Source of the DNA: Lingula anatina
Taxonomy: Eukaryota > Animalia > Brachiopoda
Reading direction: 5' to 3'
Assembly: GCA_051362555.1 (NCBI GenBank)
Contig: CM120643.1
Span: forward strand, 15,846,644 to 15,910,643
Length of the DNA stretch: 64,000 bases
Below, piece by piece: positions 1 through 14,544 of the stretch (position 1 is the first letter of the stretch; each line of letters begins with the position of its first letter). The notes beneath the pieces are model-generated. The model made no database searches. It was not told where the DNA came from and saw nothing but the letters and a program-made list of their open reading frames with translations. The translations under genes and the position numbers were made by a program.

Positions 1-329
1 CCCCTTGTTAATTACCCCTTCACTATCTCTACAATTCTCTGCACTCAGAAAACTGTTAAGTCAGTATGATGACATATTTCCCTGTGCAGTCTAGTCTACG
101 CACAGGCAATCTTCTACATTTTCATAACAAATCAAGCGCGTTTTCACCCCCCCTCCCCCCCCGCCGCCACTATCATATCAACCTGAATGATCACCTACAC
201 ACACACACGTCTCTTCTCCTATTGCCAGAAGGTCCACTTAACCTGATTCAGATAGCAGGAAGGGTAATGCCGTGAAATCCATTACTACAGTTGTCAGCTT
301 CACGACGTTTGGCATTACGTGAGTGATTA

Positions 330-594
330 GAAGCGTAGTAAGGTTCAATCAACAAATTTCCCATTGTACCCTGCAGTGAAGAGGTCGTGGTCGGCCCTGT
401 TCACGCGTCACTTAGTCAGATAGGTCCTGGCCCGGGTAGGTGTAAAGTCCAGTGCACCTAGCTCAGGGCCACCATAAGACTGCTACAGAAAATATCCGCC
501 TTATTTAGGCCACTAGTAAAACCCGTATATAATAATGCTTTGCCCGTGTAATGTGGAATAAATGTGGAATAAAATTAACTAACTAACTAACTAG
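330..594 (+). mobile_element. Possible 3' end of a non-LTR retroelement (SINE/LINE) with a (TAAC)n tail
   Basis: AATAAA is followed directly by ttaactaactaactaacta at the end of a GC-richer segment. Short-repeat tails are typical of CR1/L2-type elements. No coding evidence, and the 5' boundary is a guess. Confidence 0.3.
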
Positions 595-655
595 CTGTTT
601 ACGAGAATCTTACTCATTCCCACACAGAGTATTTAGATTGGATTCATTCAATAAT

Positions 656-970
656 TGGTTTAGTCCTGGCCTAGCTGAAAGCTGGTTAAGTCCTGGTCTA
701 GTTTAAGTGGTTAAGTCCTGACTGGCTTAAAGCTGGTCCATGTCCTGGTCTAGCTTAAAACTGGTTTAGTCCAAACATAACTTAAAACTGCTTTAGTTCT
801 GGTCTGGCTTAAAACTGGTTTAGTCCAAACATAACTTAAAACTGCTTTAGTTCTGGTCTAGCTTAAAACTGGTTTAGTCCAAACATAACTTAAAACTGCT
901 TTAGTTCTGGTCTGGCATAAAACTGGTTTCAGTCCTGGACTAGCCTAAAACTGGTTTAGTTTTGACCTAG
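656..970. repeat. 27-bp minisatellite with alternating A/B monomers (54-bp dimer)
   Basis: Units like tagtccaaacataacttaaaactgctt and tagttctggtctagcttaaaactggtt alternate; gtccaaac recurs at 769, 823 and 877 (54-bp spacing). Confidence 0.9.
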
Positions 971-3900
971 AAAAAACCATGTTTATTTACTAGACTCGAG
1001 TGCATAGTCTTCACAAAAAATTAAGTTAGCTAAAATAATCTTACTACAACCAACTTTTAATAAAAACGTGTATCACAGCGTGCCATGTTCACCGAAGCCT
1101 TTGTGATCTCATGACATTTAACTGGTCTTCAACCAGCACAGATCCGCTTTATAAATCCGGCTGATGTCACCGCAGCCATGTCCACGGCGCTGGAGACTTG
1201 CTCCTTGTCACGCTAAAAACACCAGGGACATCAGGCAGCTCTAACGAACACTGAAATGTCTCCTCTGGCGCCACGTTTGGAGCATCTAGTGGCGGTAATG
1301 ATGTGAGAATCATTGTGTCTTACCGATTTATATCTATTTTCCCAAACATAAGCTTGCTATAATTGCTCCAATTTTTGCGGGATAAATTGCGTTAATGTTT
1401 GGTTAATGTACTAGTAGCTTATTTGGTTAAAAGCTCGCCAAAGCATATGTAAGATAGTCTTCGTTTTTATCAACGCGTGGCGAGACCGACCTTAACAAAA
1501 TTGTTCAAACTGACGTAATGCTTTGGCTGGAAATGAGATGTTCACTTTAACGGGATTGAACTTCAATACGTGTATCCTTTATGAGGTATTCAATATATCA
1601 TTACACTGAGAATGTGTCGCAGATCTGGGATAATGTGGCTTGAGGCCTTTCGAAATAAATCTCTTGTGATACTTGTGGCTTGCCCCGGGACAGCTTTGAC
1701 TTCGAGTGTTCAAATTAAGGACTGAGAATTTTTCCGGTAATTAAAAGTTTTTTTTTTCGATTTTTTCCGCTTCAAAATTCATTCCATATACTGCGTGTCA
1801 TTCTCACCGTTGGTTTATATTAGCTACGTGTAACAAGGCACGATTGATTTTGATAGTAACGTGATAAACAATATGTCTACTGATTTAGATAGCTATACTG
1901 CTGGCAACTCTGCCAAAAAACTAGGAAGGGAACTGTTCTTTATGAAATCGCGGGCTTTGACGCAACGGAGGTGGAACAGTAAAGTGATACGATAAGCGTT
2001 ATCAGTGTGATCAAAAGCCGCCGTTACCCTGTTTGCCTATTACCATACCCTTAAAATATGCAATGATACTTTTTTAAAGAAATGTCGAGCATAACCAGAC
2101 AAAGTTTGCTCTAATTCTTTTGGCTAAGATGTGGATGAATTCACCTCATGAGTAAAACGTAGGGTTCTCTTCCGAATAAACTGGTTCAGCATTTGTCTTT
2201 GGTTGAACTTCCTCCAGGAAAACATTTGACAGTCAGCTGTAAATTGTCCAAGGCTCAACACAGGAATTTTTTATAAAATATATCCCAAGGCAGCGTCGTA
2301 CGTTTGTGCGTACGTGTGTTTGTGTGCGTGTGTGTCGTGTGGAGATGTGTGGTTTCAATATGTCCTATAATTCAATGGTTGTGTAAAGTTAACAATTCTT
2401 TTTTCTCAGTACCTTATTAGGTGTAGAAACCTCATTCTGGTCACTAGTTTAGTCAAGGTCAAGCATGTTTTAGCCTGCTTGCTGAGCCATTTGATTTGAT
2501 TTTTTTGCTTAATAATGATACAATGGATCATCGCTCGTATTAGTCCGGTAAAAATATTTGAATTTCTTTACAAGTTTAAATGCATATATATGCTGGTTTT
2601 GTTAACTGCATCGTACAACAATGTATTATGAAGGGGTGGGGGAGAAAGATCATAGACTCTAACACTGGAAGAACTGCCTCTCTTCCTCACAGACAGAGAA
2701 GGCGGGTCAAAGGTCATAATTCATAATTCATTCCAAGCCAAATATCAGGTCAGCGCTTGGCTCTAAATCATACAACAGACTGTTGCTAAAGTTTCTTTGT
2801 GAACAACACAATTCTGTGGAACTTTCAGACCACACGGTACAATTCGTTGAATATCTCAGTCTCTGATATGCTCCTATATGTATTTTAGAATTAGCCCTTG
2901 TTTTGTAATTTCATAGCTATATCCAACTGTGAAGTGAGCTTATTACGGCCATTTTGGCGAGACGATATGTAATTAGGTTGAGTTTTGTTGTGTAATAAAA
3001 TTGAGAAGGTAAGCTGGAAAAGATCATTGAAAGGTCTATGGTGTCTTCTACGAGTACATAAACGATTTTTCCTAAAAATTAACATTTTTCAAAATCTTAA
3101 ACAGTGTGAAATATATATCAGTTTTGTTGCCGATATTACTGGGTACAAAAATTATTAAAGCAAGATTTATGTTAGGTTGGCTACAAAATGATTTAAGCGA
3201 AGTTTAAATTAAGTTTTAAGTTGGATTTTTATCTATACAAAAAGTTCATTCCAATAATAATGGGTAAGTTACCAAGATATACAGGGATCGGTCATTTGAG
3301 AAAACTGCACTAGAATATGTAAAATATAACATCAACATAAAATCTGACAACAATATTCAATTCTGCTAACTGCTAATCCTATTACACTAGTTTTAACAAT
3401 ATCTAAAACAATATCGTTAAAAGAATTATGATAAATGTCAACACACCTTAACTGCATAAAACTTCCATCATAATTTAATGAAATATAATTCATTTAATGT
3501 TAACATAATGAAGTTACTACCTTTTTCAGGTTGTAACTACTTTATAATGCATCCTTATTTGACCCAGGTCTTTAAAAACATGATATGCAGAGGTTTTTAA
3601 TTTTTAATTTTAAAATGCTGGCGAAGGTTTTCTGCGCTGTAATACAGGTAAACAGATACAATAGTTATACCAATACGTGGGTTATAACTCGTTCATGCTA
3701 CTACGGGTAGTGACGCTTCGTTCTTATAGTTTCGTAGATTCTTTATGAGCCTTATATCTTAATTTCTCACCTTAATTCTAGTTCTGTAGTGTTATACTGT
3801 TCTGCTGATCAGAACCACAAACCATGACCTAAATAACATTATTGAAAAAGTATCACTCACTTTTTTTATTTTTTTCAACCCTTTTCCGCATGCATACTTA

Positions 3901-4163
3901 CAGTGCACAACCAGTATAATACTGGTAGAAATAAACTGATGAGATAGGTAAACAATGGGTTTTTTTACGAGCCTGCAGATATTTTTCTCTCTTGGTAGAA
4001 ATTTAGACTGCCATCAACAATTTTTTCACATTATTAGAATATGAACGTGTAGATTTATTTAAACCGATTTGAAATATAGCCTACACAAAACATTTTGAAT
4101 GTTGCAATATACGTATTAGTCGAATAACTGATTTACACCTACTTGAATTGCACACAATTTTGT

Positions 4164-4167
<4 letters not shown>

Positions 4168-4199
<32 letters not shown>

Positions 4200-4241
4200 T
4201 CTTTCTCTCTCTCTTTTGGGATCCAAGATCATGTATCCTAG

Positions 4242-4281
<40 letters not shown>
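4168..4281. repeat. Two (CT)n microsatellites
   Basis: Seen directly; they generate the spurious RERE/SLSL ORFs. Confidence 0.95.
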
Positions 4282-4284
<3 letters not shown>

Positions 4285-5655
4285 CAACATGACAGCACCA
4301 TGATCCCACCTTTACCTTCCACCACAGTAGAAGATATTAGCGGGAATTTTTCATACAGGAAGACCACGAAACTGATTTATCGTCCAAAGGACAGAATTTG
4401 AAGTTTAAAGTATTTTTATAGCAATTGGGTCAAACCGGCTAAACCACTCCGGATCCGTGACCCTTTCCTCCACTCTATGTCGGCTGCAAAATACATCGAT
4501 TTTTATCTTCAATTCAACTCGGCCCGGTTGCCATGTCAACACCTGGACACTGCAGCACGTGAAGAGTGATGAAGCATTCATATCATGTTGTTGATTTCAT
4601 TGTTTTTTAACATGTTACATGTCCGACTTCATGGCGGTTATGGCGGACGCATACATAGAACCGTTTATGAAAAAGCCATGCGTGTTGAATAGCCGGGTGT
4701 TCTCTCCTGTTATTTTGCAAGTGGGTATCAAGACTAGTAGGAATAATTTGTATAGGCTGTTAAAAAGATGGTCGTCGTCCTCTCTCTCGAAATCTTTTTC
4801 TCTGTGTGTGTGTTTGCGTGCGTGCGTGCATACATGTACGTGTGCGTGTGCATGTTTGTGTGTATTGAATTATTTAATAAAAACCCATACACCTAAATGT
4901 CTTCATGTGAATGATAAATTTATCTATCCGTGTCGGTAAAAACAAACCAGCCAGGGCCTCGTATAGACGACTAGCGTTTATGACTAAATTTGCATTAAAT
5001 TATATATAAATGACCATATGTTTCCATTAAGTAATCCCTGCACGTAAACATTTGAAGAACAATCACGTCCATCAGTTGCCTAAACAGAAAGGAAATTCAG
5101 TTCCCAATAAAAAAAAGACACATACGTTAAGCTCTGAAAAGGGTGGAGAAAGAGAGAAAATGCGTTGTCGCCAAGTATTTTGAAGATTAATTACTTTATG
5201 ATGACATTCTTGCACAGATGTGAATGTCCAGAGGCTACTGTAGAAAATACGTTGACCTATTGTTGACCGGTTACCTAACCCTAAAGCTGGACCTTAACAT
5301 GCTAGCGTGGAAATACTGCCAATGGCTAACTAAAAAATATTTAGTTTGGCCAGAGAAATTAAAACATTTTTTTTTTAATTTTCTTCTGATACTTAAAGTG
5401 GATTCTTAATAAACGGTATTCTACAGTCAATGGCTTCATGTATCTATTTGTTGGAGATAATAATGGGTAAATTTTATTTAATAATTTATTTTTTATTTTT
5501 TCTCTTGTAATTTTCCAAGAAATTTAGGTCGAAATTTCGACTACAATTAATAGTCAGATTGATGCAAATTTTCCTAACTTTTGATAGTCGGAGAAAAATT
5601 GCACTGTTTGTGGAAAATGAAGGGAAGGAGATGGAAGATAAGAATTGTATCGTAC

Positions 5656-5757
5656 CTGTGAGGCGGCTGGCGGAGAACTAAGTGCTGTACCAGTCCCCGT
5701 GTTGCAGTGTCCGTTATAAGAAGGGTATCCCGTGTAGGGCGCCGTTGAATGCGCCAT
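5656..5757 (-). CDS. Candidate first coding exon of an unidentified minus-strand gene (MAHSTAPYTGYPSYNGHCNTGTGTALSSPPAASQ)
   Basis: ATG at 5757 with an in-frame upstream stop near 5851. Ends at a CAG|GTACGA donor (phase 0), where GC-rich sequence turns abruptly AT-rich. A CpG-rich block with CCAAT boxes lies upstream. No downstream exon was found in 1-5650. Confidence 0.45.
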
Positions 5758-6799
5758 ATTAACAGCGGCGTCGCTGGTCGGTGCCTCTGTGTTTGTGTCG
5801 TGTTGGGCACTCGGAAAGAGGGGGTGTCCCTCTTGATGGCGTTCCGTGGTTTACGTTTACTTGGAACTGAATGCGTATTTCTCCAAAAAACGCTTACTGT
5901 TAAACCATACGATAGCACGGATTCTTGGAGACGAATAACGATGCTTATGTGATTCTTATGATAGAGCCAGTTACAGTGGAATAAAATGGAGTATTTTCTC
6001 TCCCCGACTTTAGTAGACGAAGGGAGTAGAGCTTATGATCCCACTGCCAGTCATAACTATTTTGTCCGGTGATGCAAACGCACAGTGAATCTGAATATCC
6101 ATTTAATATAGGTGATGATAAAAAGTTTACGCTAGCATGGCCGGGTGTCCGTAGAGAAGTAGATGGTCTCAGGCTGTATGACGGTGCTCTCTGTGTCAGA
6201 CGAACAGCCTGGCTGTGTGGTGGGGCCGGTGGCTGAGCTAGGCAGCCTACAGCCAGTACGGCACCGAATGGTCTTTTGGTACGGTTAGTGTTTTTGCAAA
6301 TCACCGGCTTATGTTTTGCCTGCCTACAATCCCAACATGATTAAAATAGCAGACAATCCTCTCGACTCAAAAATGGGCTCAGAAAGTCTTGGTTGACTAT
6401 AATAATGATGATCGCTCGACACGGCCCAAGAGTTTTGTTGCGGTTTTATGATGACAGATTCAGTTCTTCGTACAATTTGCTGTACGTATAGGGCGTTCAA
6501 CTCACGCGGAGGAACTACGGTATGCAATGTGTTTCCTAGGGCCTATTTCAGTACCCAGTTTTTCGTTAACGTCCTCCCTTAATTCTGGCGTTCTTCCGAC
6601 CTTGCCTATGTCGTACCGTGACGTCCGCGAGGTGAAGATGTGAATTCACTTGCCCCTTAATTAAGCCCTGTCAACTTAGTTTTACCTGCACAAAGCTTGT
6701 AGATTTCACCTGAGCGCCACTTTCCCAATATGAACGTTCGTTTTCTGGCATCCCCCGTTGACAGGCTTGCTGTGAAAATACCAAACACACAGCTGATAT

Positions 6800-7560
6800 C
6801 CCAGATCTGTTCAGTTGGCCTATACTTCTAGTGGTAGGCTCCACGCTTTGACGGGCAGCCTGTGCGTAAAAATTGCACAGACCAAGCTAGCGTGACACGG
6901 TTTCTCCAGCTCCCTATTCTATTGGCTAACCCGGAATTACATTGGAAGCGAGGCCAGCGGTTGGAGGGCTACTGACGCTTGCCGTCTGACTGTCATAAGT
7001 TACCCTTTGACTGCTGCATTTGAGAAGCTAAACAAAGGTCACTGGCCCTATATTTCTCTTTGTCGTAAATAAACCTTTAATTTAGAGATAGAAATAATTC
7101 ACGACATTCTCCTCTCTTGCGCAGGCCAATATCAGTGTGCCTTCTATTTCACTGAAATCGCAATAAGCATTACCAGTGAGGGATATCTTAGGCCTATTGC
7201 TGGCGTTTGCGGTGGGGCATTATATTACGCCGACTCCGCCCCGTAGATGCGGGTGATTATGATGAGTCTTTGTGCCTATGAAGGCAGCAAGGCGTAGAGG
7301 ACAGCAATCCCCGGACGGCCCACTTTTCCCTGGAGATGGGGCCCCTTCAGCGTGCTCACCCTCTCACGTTATCTGCCTGTCGCGGACGGTAGATTTGTCA
7401 GTGTCAGCGGAATGTCGAGCGTAATGAGCCTTGGACGAGATGGAGAAAGATAGCTTTATTGTTCTTCACTGGCTGGGTGGGTGGGGGGTGGGGGGGTGAC
7501 GGCACACTTTACGGACTCGGGCAGGCATTGTCATGTCCACAACTGGACTTCTCCCCCAGC
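6800..7560. promoter_or_regulatory. CpG/GC-rich promoter-like region upstream of the 5757 exon
   Basis: ATTGG/CCAAT boxes (~6921, ~6941, ~7126), GC box ccgccc (~7237), G-tract at 7475-7498 and visibly elevated CpG. Confidence 0.35.
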
Positions 7561-10500
7561 ATCTATTAAGTTTTTGTTTTTATTGAATGATTACGTGATC
7601 GAGTTTTAAGCTGTTTGTTCACTATAAAACAAGCACTGAGAGAAAGGGAAACCTTGGCAAGGACGAAAAGGGAAAGAAAGAAAGAAAGAAAGAAAGAAAG
7701 AAAATAATTTGACTTAATATACGAGTAGCAGATTTGGTTCAAGTATGAAAAACCACATATATTTTGCTGAAAGATACAAATGTGAAAGGTCCTGAAGAGG
7801 GCACTGAAAGCCTCGTAAAACTGTATGCTTGCGTTTTTGATACCTTTCCTTTTACGAACAATATCATCCTCACATATTCGGTCACACCAAAATATATGTA
7901 ATTTCTCTCCTTCCATTTATTTTTGCAAAAAATTGCTGTGCCCTCTTTAAGGAGATGGGGAATTCTACATTCAGATTTCCCAGTATTGTTATGATTTCCT
8001 CTCCACTCTGCTCTTGAACCCCCCTTCCACCTCCCCCCCCCCCCCCCATACACACACATACGCACACTATGGTTGTTAATCAAGTCACGGCGCGCACGTT
8101 TTATTTGTTTGTTTGTTTTTTTGTCATGAGTGTGTTATGATACAGAAAGGTATGTCGAAGCAGGATCGCCAGCATAAAGTGAAATAAACGTGATTGATAT
8201 GTAAATGCTAACGCTATAGACATTGAAAAGTAACCCTTTGAATTAAAAAAAGAACGCTATACATGGGTTAGCACAAGCCACGGCGTATGTTCAAGATGGG
8301 TTTGGCACTTCTGGATTAGGCTGATCACGTGTGCAACTACTTTTAAATGCAGTAACGAGGTACAAGTAGGCGACAAAACTTAATTCATTATTTGTGTAAG
8401 CAAAAATTAAAATAGCAGCTCATTTTTTATATATTTCCCTATTTCGCAATCGACACAATCAAAGCTGGACAAGCAGTAATTACATGTGGGCCAAATGTGA
8501 AATAGATTAGATTTGGATTGCGGTTTATTCAATCAAAGAAGTGTGAAATTTTAGTAACGAATGAGACTGCTCCAACAACTGGTGACAGATGTAGAGCCCC
8601 AGTTTGCTATGTACACCTAATTTATTCTAACCAATCAAAGTCACACTATTTACGAAGTAAATCTGTTGTGTTGTTGCTGTTGTTCTTTTTTACCAATCTC
8701 CGTACTCTCTTGATTCGTGTAGGGAAGTCACTAAAACAAAAGGAGACGAGGGAAATAGTCCCCAGCTATCACACAGAGTGATCTGCACATCCCAATGGTA
8801 TTTGTACAGTTGTTTAACGTAATTGTGGCCTGGGGTAGGCTCCTCCTCTCGGCTGTCTTTTTACGCTAACTCCAACATGAAAAAAAAAAATTTCCGATTG
8901 CTCGATTATAAGAATAGTAAGCACAAACAAATACGATGGTACATAGTGCCCCAATGCTGAACAGACAATACAACAGATATATTTCCGCTTTGTTACTGAT
9001 GAATATCTTTCATACTGAGTTGTTTTTCACTATGGTCATTTTTTAAAATTTTATTATTTTTTTTATTCAAAACATGAGAACACAAAGTATAAGTCTTCGC
9101 TCGCGTGGCAACCGTCTTTGTTTTGTAAACCTCAAAATACGAATTATTAACAATAAGAAAATGTGCAAATATCTATAAAGATCCTAAACAATTTCAAATA
9201 TAATACGTTAAAATCATAGCACAAATTGATTCCAAACTACTGTAAAATGGACAATTTATATTTTTTTCTCAAAACATAGATATGGCCATACTCAAGTCAT
9301 TATCACTAATTACCCCGCCTTCATTTTGCATATACACGTTCTCTAGTAATTATCACAAGAATTTCTGAGTGTTAAACTCATCATCATCATAATTACCATA
9401 ACGATAACCCTGATTATAAAGTGTAAAAAGCAACATCAAAGGAGGAGAAATTTAGTGAGAACCAAATGTGATTTTGTAACACTATGAGAGTTCAGATGCA
9501 GTTCACTCTCACATAACTTTGTAGTAGTGTAGAGAGGCCTGGGGCGCCTGCCACACACACCCTCTCCACCCGACTTCATTAACAAAAAGTTCTATTTGCT
9601 AATTTATCTATTTAAATTTGTCCGCATTTATTCAAAAATTTCATCATTTTTCGTTTGTTTATTACTCTGAAGAATGTATTGCTTCTCCATCTCTGCTTTC
9701 ACTCTGTCAATTTTCCCCTTCGAAACCCATCCACCCATCCCAAGCTCTGTCTCATCCTTCTTTCTCTCCTTCACTTATTCGTTCACTCCTTCGTTCATTC
9801 AATCTAATGGTTTGGGTTGCGTCAACCAAAAATGTCGTAATTTGTGTCACCGTCCCATCAATTCCGGTGTAGACACGAAGAACAGGGTCGATTAATCTCT
9901 GTCTGAGCGGCGGGGCCGGCACGCCTGTCAACAAAGGAGGCGGTCGATGTAATCAGAGGGCTTGTTCTTCTGCCCTCTAAGGCCATCTATCTCATAAAGT
10001 GGCAGAGGTGGTCTTCAAGTCTTCTTAGCAGAACAAAAATCAGAAGAGATGATTTTAAATAAATAGCTGACTTCTGTGCCTAGCACAAAGACTGATGCAT
10101 ATTCTCGCCAGTTCGTTTTCATCTTGACTTTAAATGTCTGACGTGATGACCTCCCCCTCCCTATATGGAAGTGGTCTTGAATAGTTTGCTTTACAACGAA
10201 AGTGATTAAAAAATCCCAAAAATTGCATACATCCAGCTTGCCATTTATTTTCTTAATTTGTCTTCAATCTGCAGGGAAAAAACTGGCGCCATTAACTTCG
10301 GTGTCGTGTATATTGCCATGGTGGTTTGTTTCCCCTTTCAAGCAGAAATATTTAGAACCCCCCCCCCCCCCCCCCAATAACTGACATAAAACATTCCCTC
10401 ACATATCATGAAGGGATTATTATTATTATTAGCATTCAAACGTACAGATAATTATTTTTTACGTCTGAAGTGTCTTTAGTTCGCTGTCTAAGAAAAAAAA

Positions 10501-13500
10501 GCTGCTGACATTCTCGGAAGAGCTGGGCCCTCGTGGGACCACGATAACAAAGGAAGACGAGACTCTTCTCTTTAGCTTTAGCAACCTCAAATACCAAGAT
10601 GGTTCGTATGCATACGACCACCTAGCTAGTTCCCTTAGGTTTTTTTTTTAATAAAGGAGACAGTTATTTTAAAAAACAGCATATACCTCGCGGCATTCTC
10701 CTATCACTTAAAAAGTTACCAAGACGGACCCCAAGTGAAGCAAATTCACAAGAGAATTTTCATGGGCAGGGACTGTTTGGGATACAGTACCAGTCTGTTT
10801 TTCTCATTGATATATTTTTATATTATTGTAATCATTTATTGTGACTTTCGATAATGGGTCTAAGGATTGACTGCGTTAAGCTCCAAAAGTGATTTACCTC
10901 TTAAACTTGGAAAGAAGACATCTCGGATTTTACAAGGTCGTGGCAAGGTTTGAGTTTAGACTTAACTTGAGAATTAGCTGACAGAATAAGTGGTGAGTTA
11001 TCACTAATTATATCTAGACCTATTGCTCCTAGGTCACCACTGGCCATCTTCATTTCTCTTGACCGCTTGGCCGGGATATTAAATTGATGTAAACTTCGGC
11101 GTTTATCCAACCCTTAAATCGACTTTCAACACGCAAGCAAATATGGTTGCTAAAAACCACAACAAGTTTGAAAATCCCATCGCGGATTCGCATGATTAGA
11201 CGTTTGTTATCTTTACATATTATTTTTGTGCGTAGGTTATTTTGATAGTTTTGTAGATAAAAGATCTTTTCTGTGTACAAATGCACGCCCGATCGTTTCA
11301 GTTTTTTAAATCTCTTTTATTTAACATGTAGAGAATAATTGATAATGTCACAAATGTCCCCTAGTTTTGCAGATATTCTGAGACTTCCGTTCGCAAGTGG
11401 AGTGATTCCTCCTACTGTCGACAGTTTTAAGTGCCGGTGTCGGCCATTTTGAGCTCAATAAAACATGGTGTTTTGCGTCAATGAAAATGTATCTGCCCAT
11501 CTTACCAGATAATCTGGAAACATTTTTGTCCAAAAGATAGAAAATTATCATGTCAAAAAAATAATAATAATAACATACACTCACTCCCTTTCTTAAGATT
11601 ATTTTAAGAAATTCCACAAAAAAGGGAAAGGATTGTTCTGAGTCAGCGAAATAAATGATGCCGATGTTGTACAACTAATCAAATTTTTGTAACTTCTACA
11701 GACACGGTAATGGAAATGTTGGGGAGTAACGGAAATACCTCGGAAGCCGAGGGACCGAATAATAACACAACACTCTTTAAGTGTATCAAAACACACCCAG
11801 TCTTGCCGGGTTACGTGAAATGTCTGTGCATATGTTGACTTTATATTTGTGGAAGCGTGGTGCAATTTGAGCTTCTGGGTAATCCTCATGTTTCCCCGGT
11901 TGCTTAATTCCAGTGTTGCTTTATCCATTTGATATTAATTGTGATTCCAATTTTTATTTCTTTTTTTTTTCGCTCAATTTATGAAATATGACAATGCCCA
12001 TTTACTAGTGATTTATGTTCATTGCATCCGAATATTTTATTTATTATTTTCCCCACATCAGGACTAAACGCGTTGTTATTATGCGAAACACAAGACTCGA
12101 GTATATATAATATAATGACATTTTCAAATTACTTTCAGTAGACAAAATATTGTTTGCTAGCGTTCATCATGAAAACTGAAAGGGATTTGTCATCCAGTAC
12201 CTATCTGGATGATAAATTTCTGTCAAATAGTCAAATTGCGATGTACATCATTTCTGGCTTCTACGTTGTGTATTTATTTTATTATCATTTCTTACCCGTA
12301 GACCAAATCATCGAAATTTTGACGTTGAGTTTTATCTGACATTAGCCGTAACACTCGGATGCACTGCAAAAGCATGACCATGCACTGAGTGAACAAGAAA
12401 CTGGTGGGACCGAAGCCACAGGAACTTAAAATTTTTTGAAATCTCATTTACGGGCATTCTGCACAATCGTCTGTATGAATTCCCTTTGTTTTAGGGTGAA
12501 ATATCATGCATCATACCTGTATTGACAATCCTATAAATTTACTAGAATTCTACCTTTTTTGACTAATGACTTTCTTTCACTTTAAGAGGGTGCAAAATTT
12601 TTCAAAGAGTGAAAAATAAAAAAGTTGGACAATTGATCCGCTAATTTTGAGCACCACATGCATGGTTCAAGGCCTTGAAAACCGTTGTTACGAATTTTTT
12701 TTTACTGGAGTCAAAGTATAACAAAACAGCGTACCACTTACTAGCAGACATATACTGCATCCATCTCTCTATAGAACTGTAAACAAAAAGTTATAAAATA
12801 TTGTTCGCAACTGGCCTTATTAACAAAACAAGATGGCCTCACAATACCTTCATACAGTGTGCATTATATTAGTCATTTTTTTTTTGTATCGTGCAAATTT
12901 CAGCTTTTCAGATTACTCTTATAACATGTATGCTATATAAAACTGTCTTTGCATATTTTCATTTGTTCTTAAATTTCTTTTAGTAGACAACATTGTGAAT
13001 ACACATAGAAGGGATTCCACAAAATTGGATAGATAATTTTCTACAGTCGCCACATTCATGCTCACAAATTTTCCAACAAAATAAATTAAGAAACAGTTCG
13101 ATATTGCTCACTAAGCTGCAAAGTTCCCTCTAGATTTAAACAGGCATTATTATTTCACAAAATTATACTTACACTACATACGAATTTTACAAATTGCAAG
13201 CTGGTAATATTTTGCTGCAGAAGGCAGTTTTCCAGGGTTCAGCCAGTATCAAATATCACACAAATTGGCGAATTTTTAACAAATATTATTTTTCCTTTAA
13301 ATCATCGTAATATCCCTCTGTTGCACTAGAATGAACCCGTAGCATTGGATAGACCGCGACGATACGGGTGCTGAGATCACACCTTGATTTGAGCTTCTCT
13401 TGTTTACTTTCTGATTTAATCTCAATCCTTTCTTGAATTCGAACGTCTCAACTATCAGCTCGATCTCGTGACTTTGAGTGCACTTGGTGTTGATACTACA

Positions 13501-14501
13501 GTTAGTGTTTGTATTAATTTAGGATTGAATTTATCCTGCCAAGCGCTTGCTAATTTAGTTCAATTAACACTGGTCAATCGGTATGTCACCGCAGACGACC
13601 CTTGCTTGGGTACAGAGCGCTCCAAATTTTTCAAACGACTGATAAAATTTGCACGTCTTTTTTTATTTCAATTTGGATGTAACTTCAGATATCATATAAA
13701 AATTAATTTAAAGAGTTTTTGTACCAGGATGGATTCGTTTCATTTTAACTTGTGCATCATCCAAGACGACCCTCGTTTCAAATAAACCGGGGTCGCCATT
13801 TTGTAAATATCGTAGAATTTACGTTCAGTTATGTGGTTATATATGTACGCATGTTACCTTTTCTATTTATCAAATTTCAAATTTATCCAGATGATATAAG
13901 GTTGAAGCTTTCTTGTTCATCTATAATTCATCGCTATTTGTTAACATTCGCGGTTCACTTTGTCTTCCCATGATATTTTGACATTTTTCATTTAGCTGTG
14001 GCCATTTATCTCTTTCGAATCCAGCTTTAATGTATACATTGTTTTGATTTTATGTGATGTACGTTCAATTTTGGATAGGTTGCGGAGGGCAACAAGTTTA
14101 GGAAACAAAAACAACGTAGAATTTCGATTCTATATAGTTAATTTATTTGTGTATTCATTTTGACACTAAACTGTAAATATATTTTATATCGGTGCTTGAT
14201 AACGTTGAATGAAAGTGTTAAGGCTTTGTTGGGTTTCTTTTATGATTTAGGTGTAAATTAGTTGATATTTGTGTCATTACGATGCATGGTAGGCTGCCTA
14301 ACACGGAATAAACTGATCAGTCCGCAATTGATATCGAGCTTCAGTGATATTAATCTCCTGTGGATTTGTTCAATTCTTGTCAAATAATATTTTATAGGAT
14401 TTTGTAGAATGTTCCACGTCTCTTAATTCCTTTCAGCTCAATACTGACAAGGGACTTTCTGACATCTAACAGTAACTGTACAATTTTAAGTCAGGCATTA
14501 C

Positions 14502-14503
<2 letters not shown>

Positions 14504-14539
<36 letters not shown>
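14504..14539. repeat. (GA)n microsatellite
   Basis: Seen directly. Confidence 0.95.

Positions 14540-14544
<5 letters not shown>

Noticed and set aside
4081-4401. RERE/SLSL-rich ORFs
   Set aside because: They are translations of (CT)n microsatellites.
10860-14000. Short ORFs and aaaatggc-type starts suggesting a decayed gene or transposon
   Set aside because: No recognisable protein motif, splice chain or terminal repeats.
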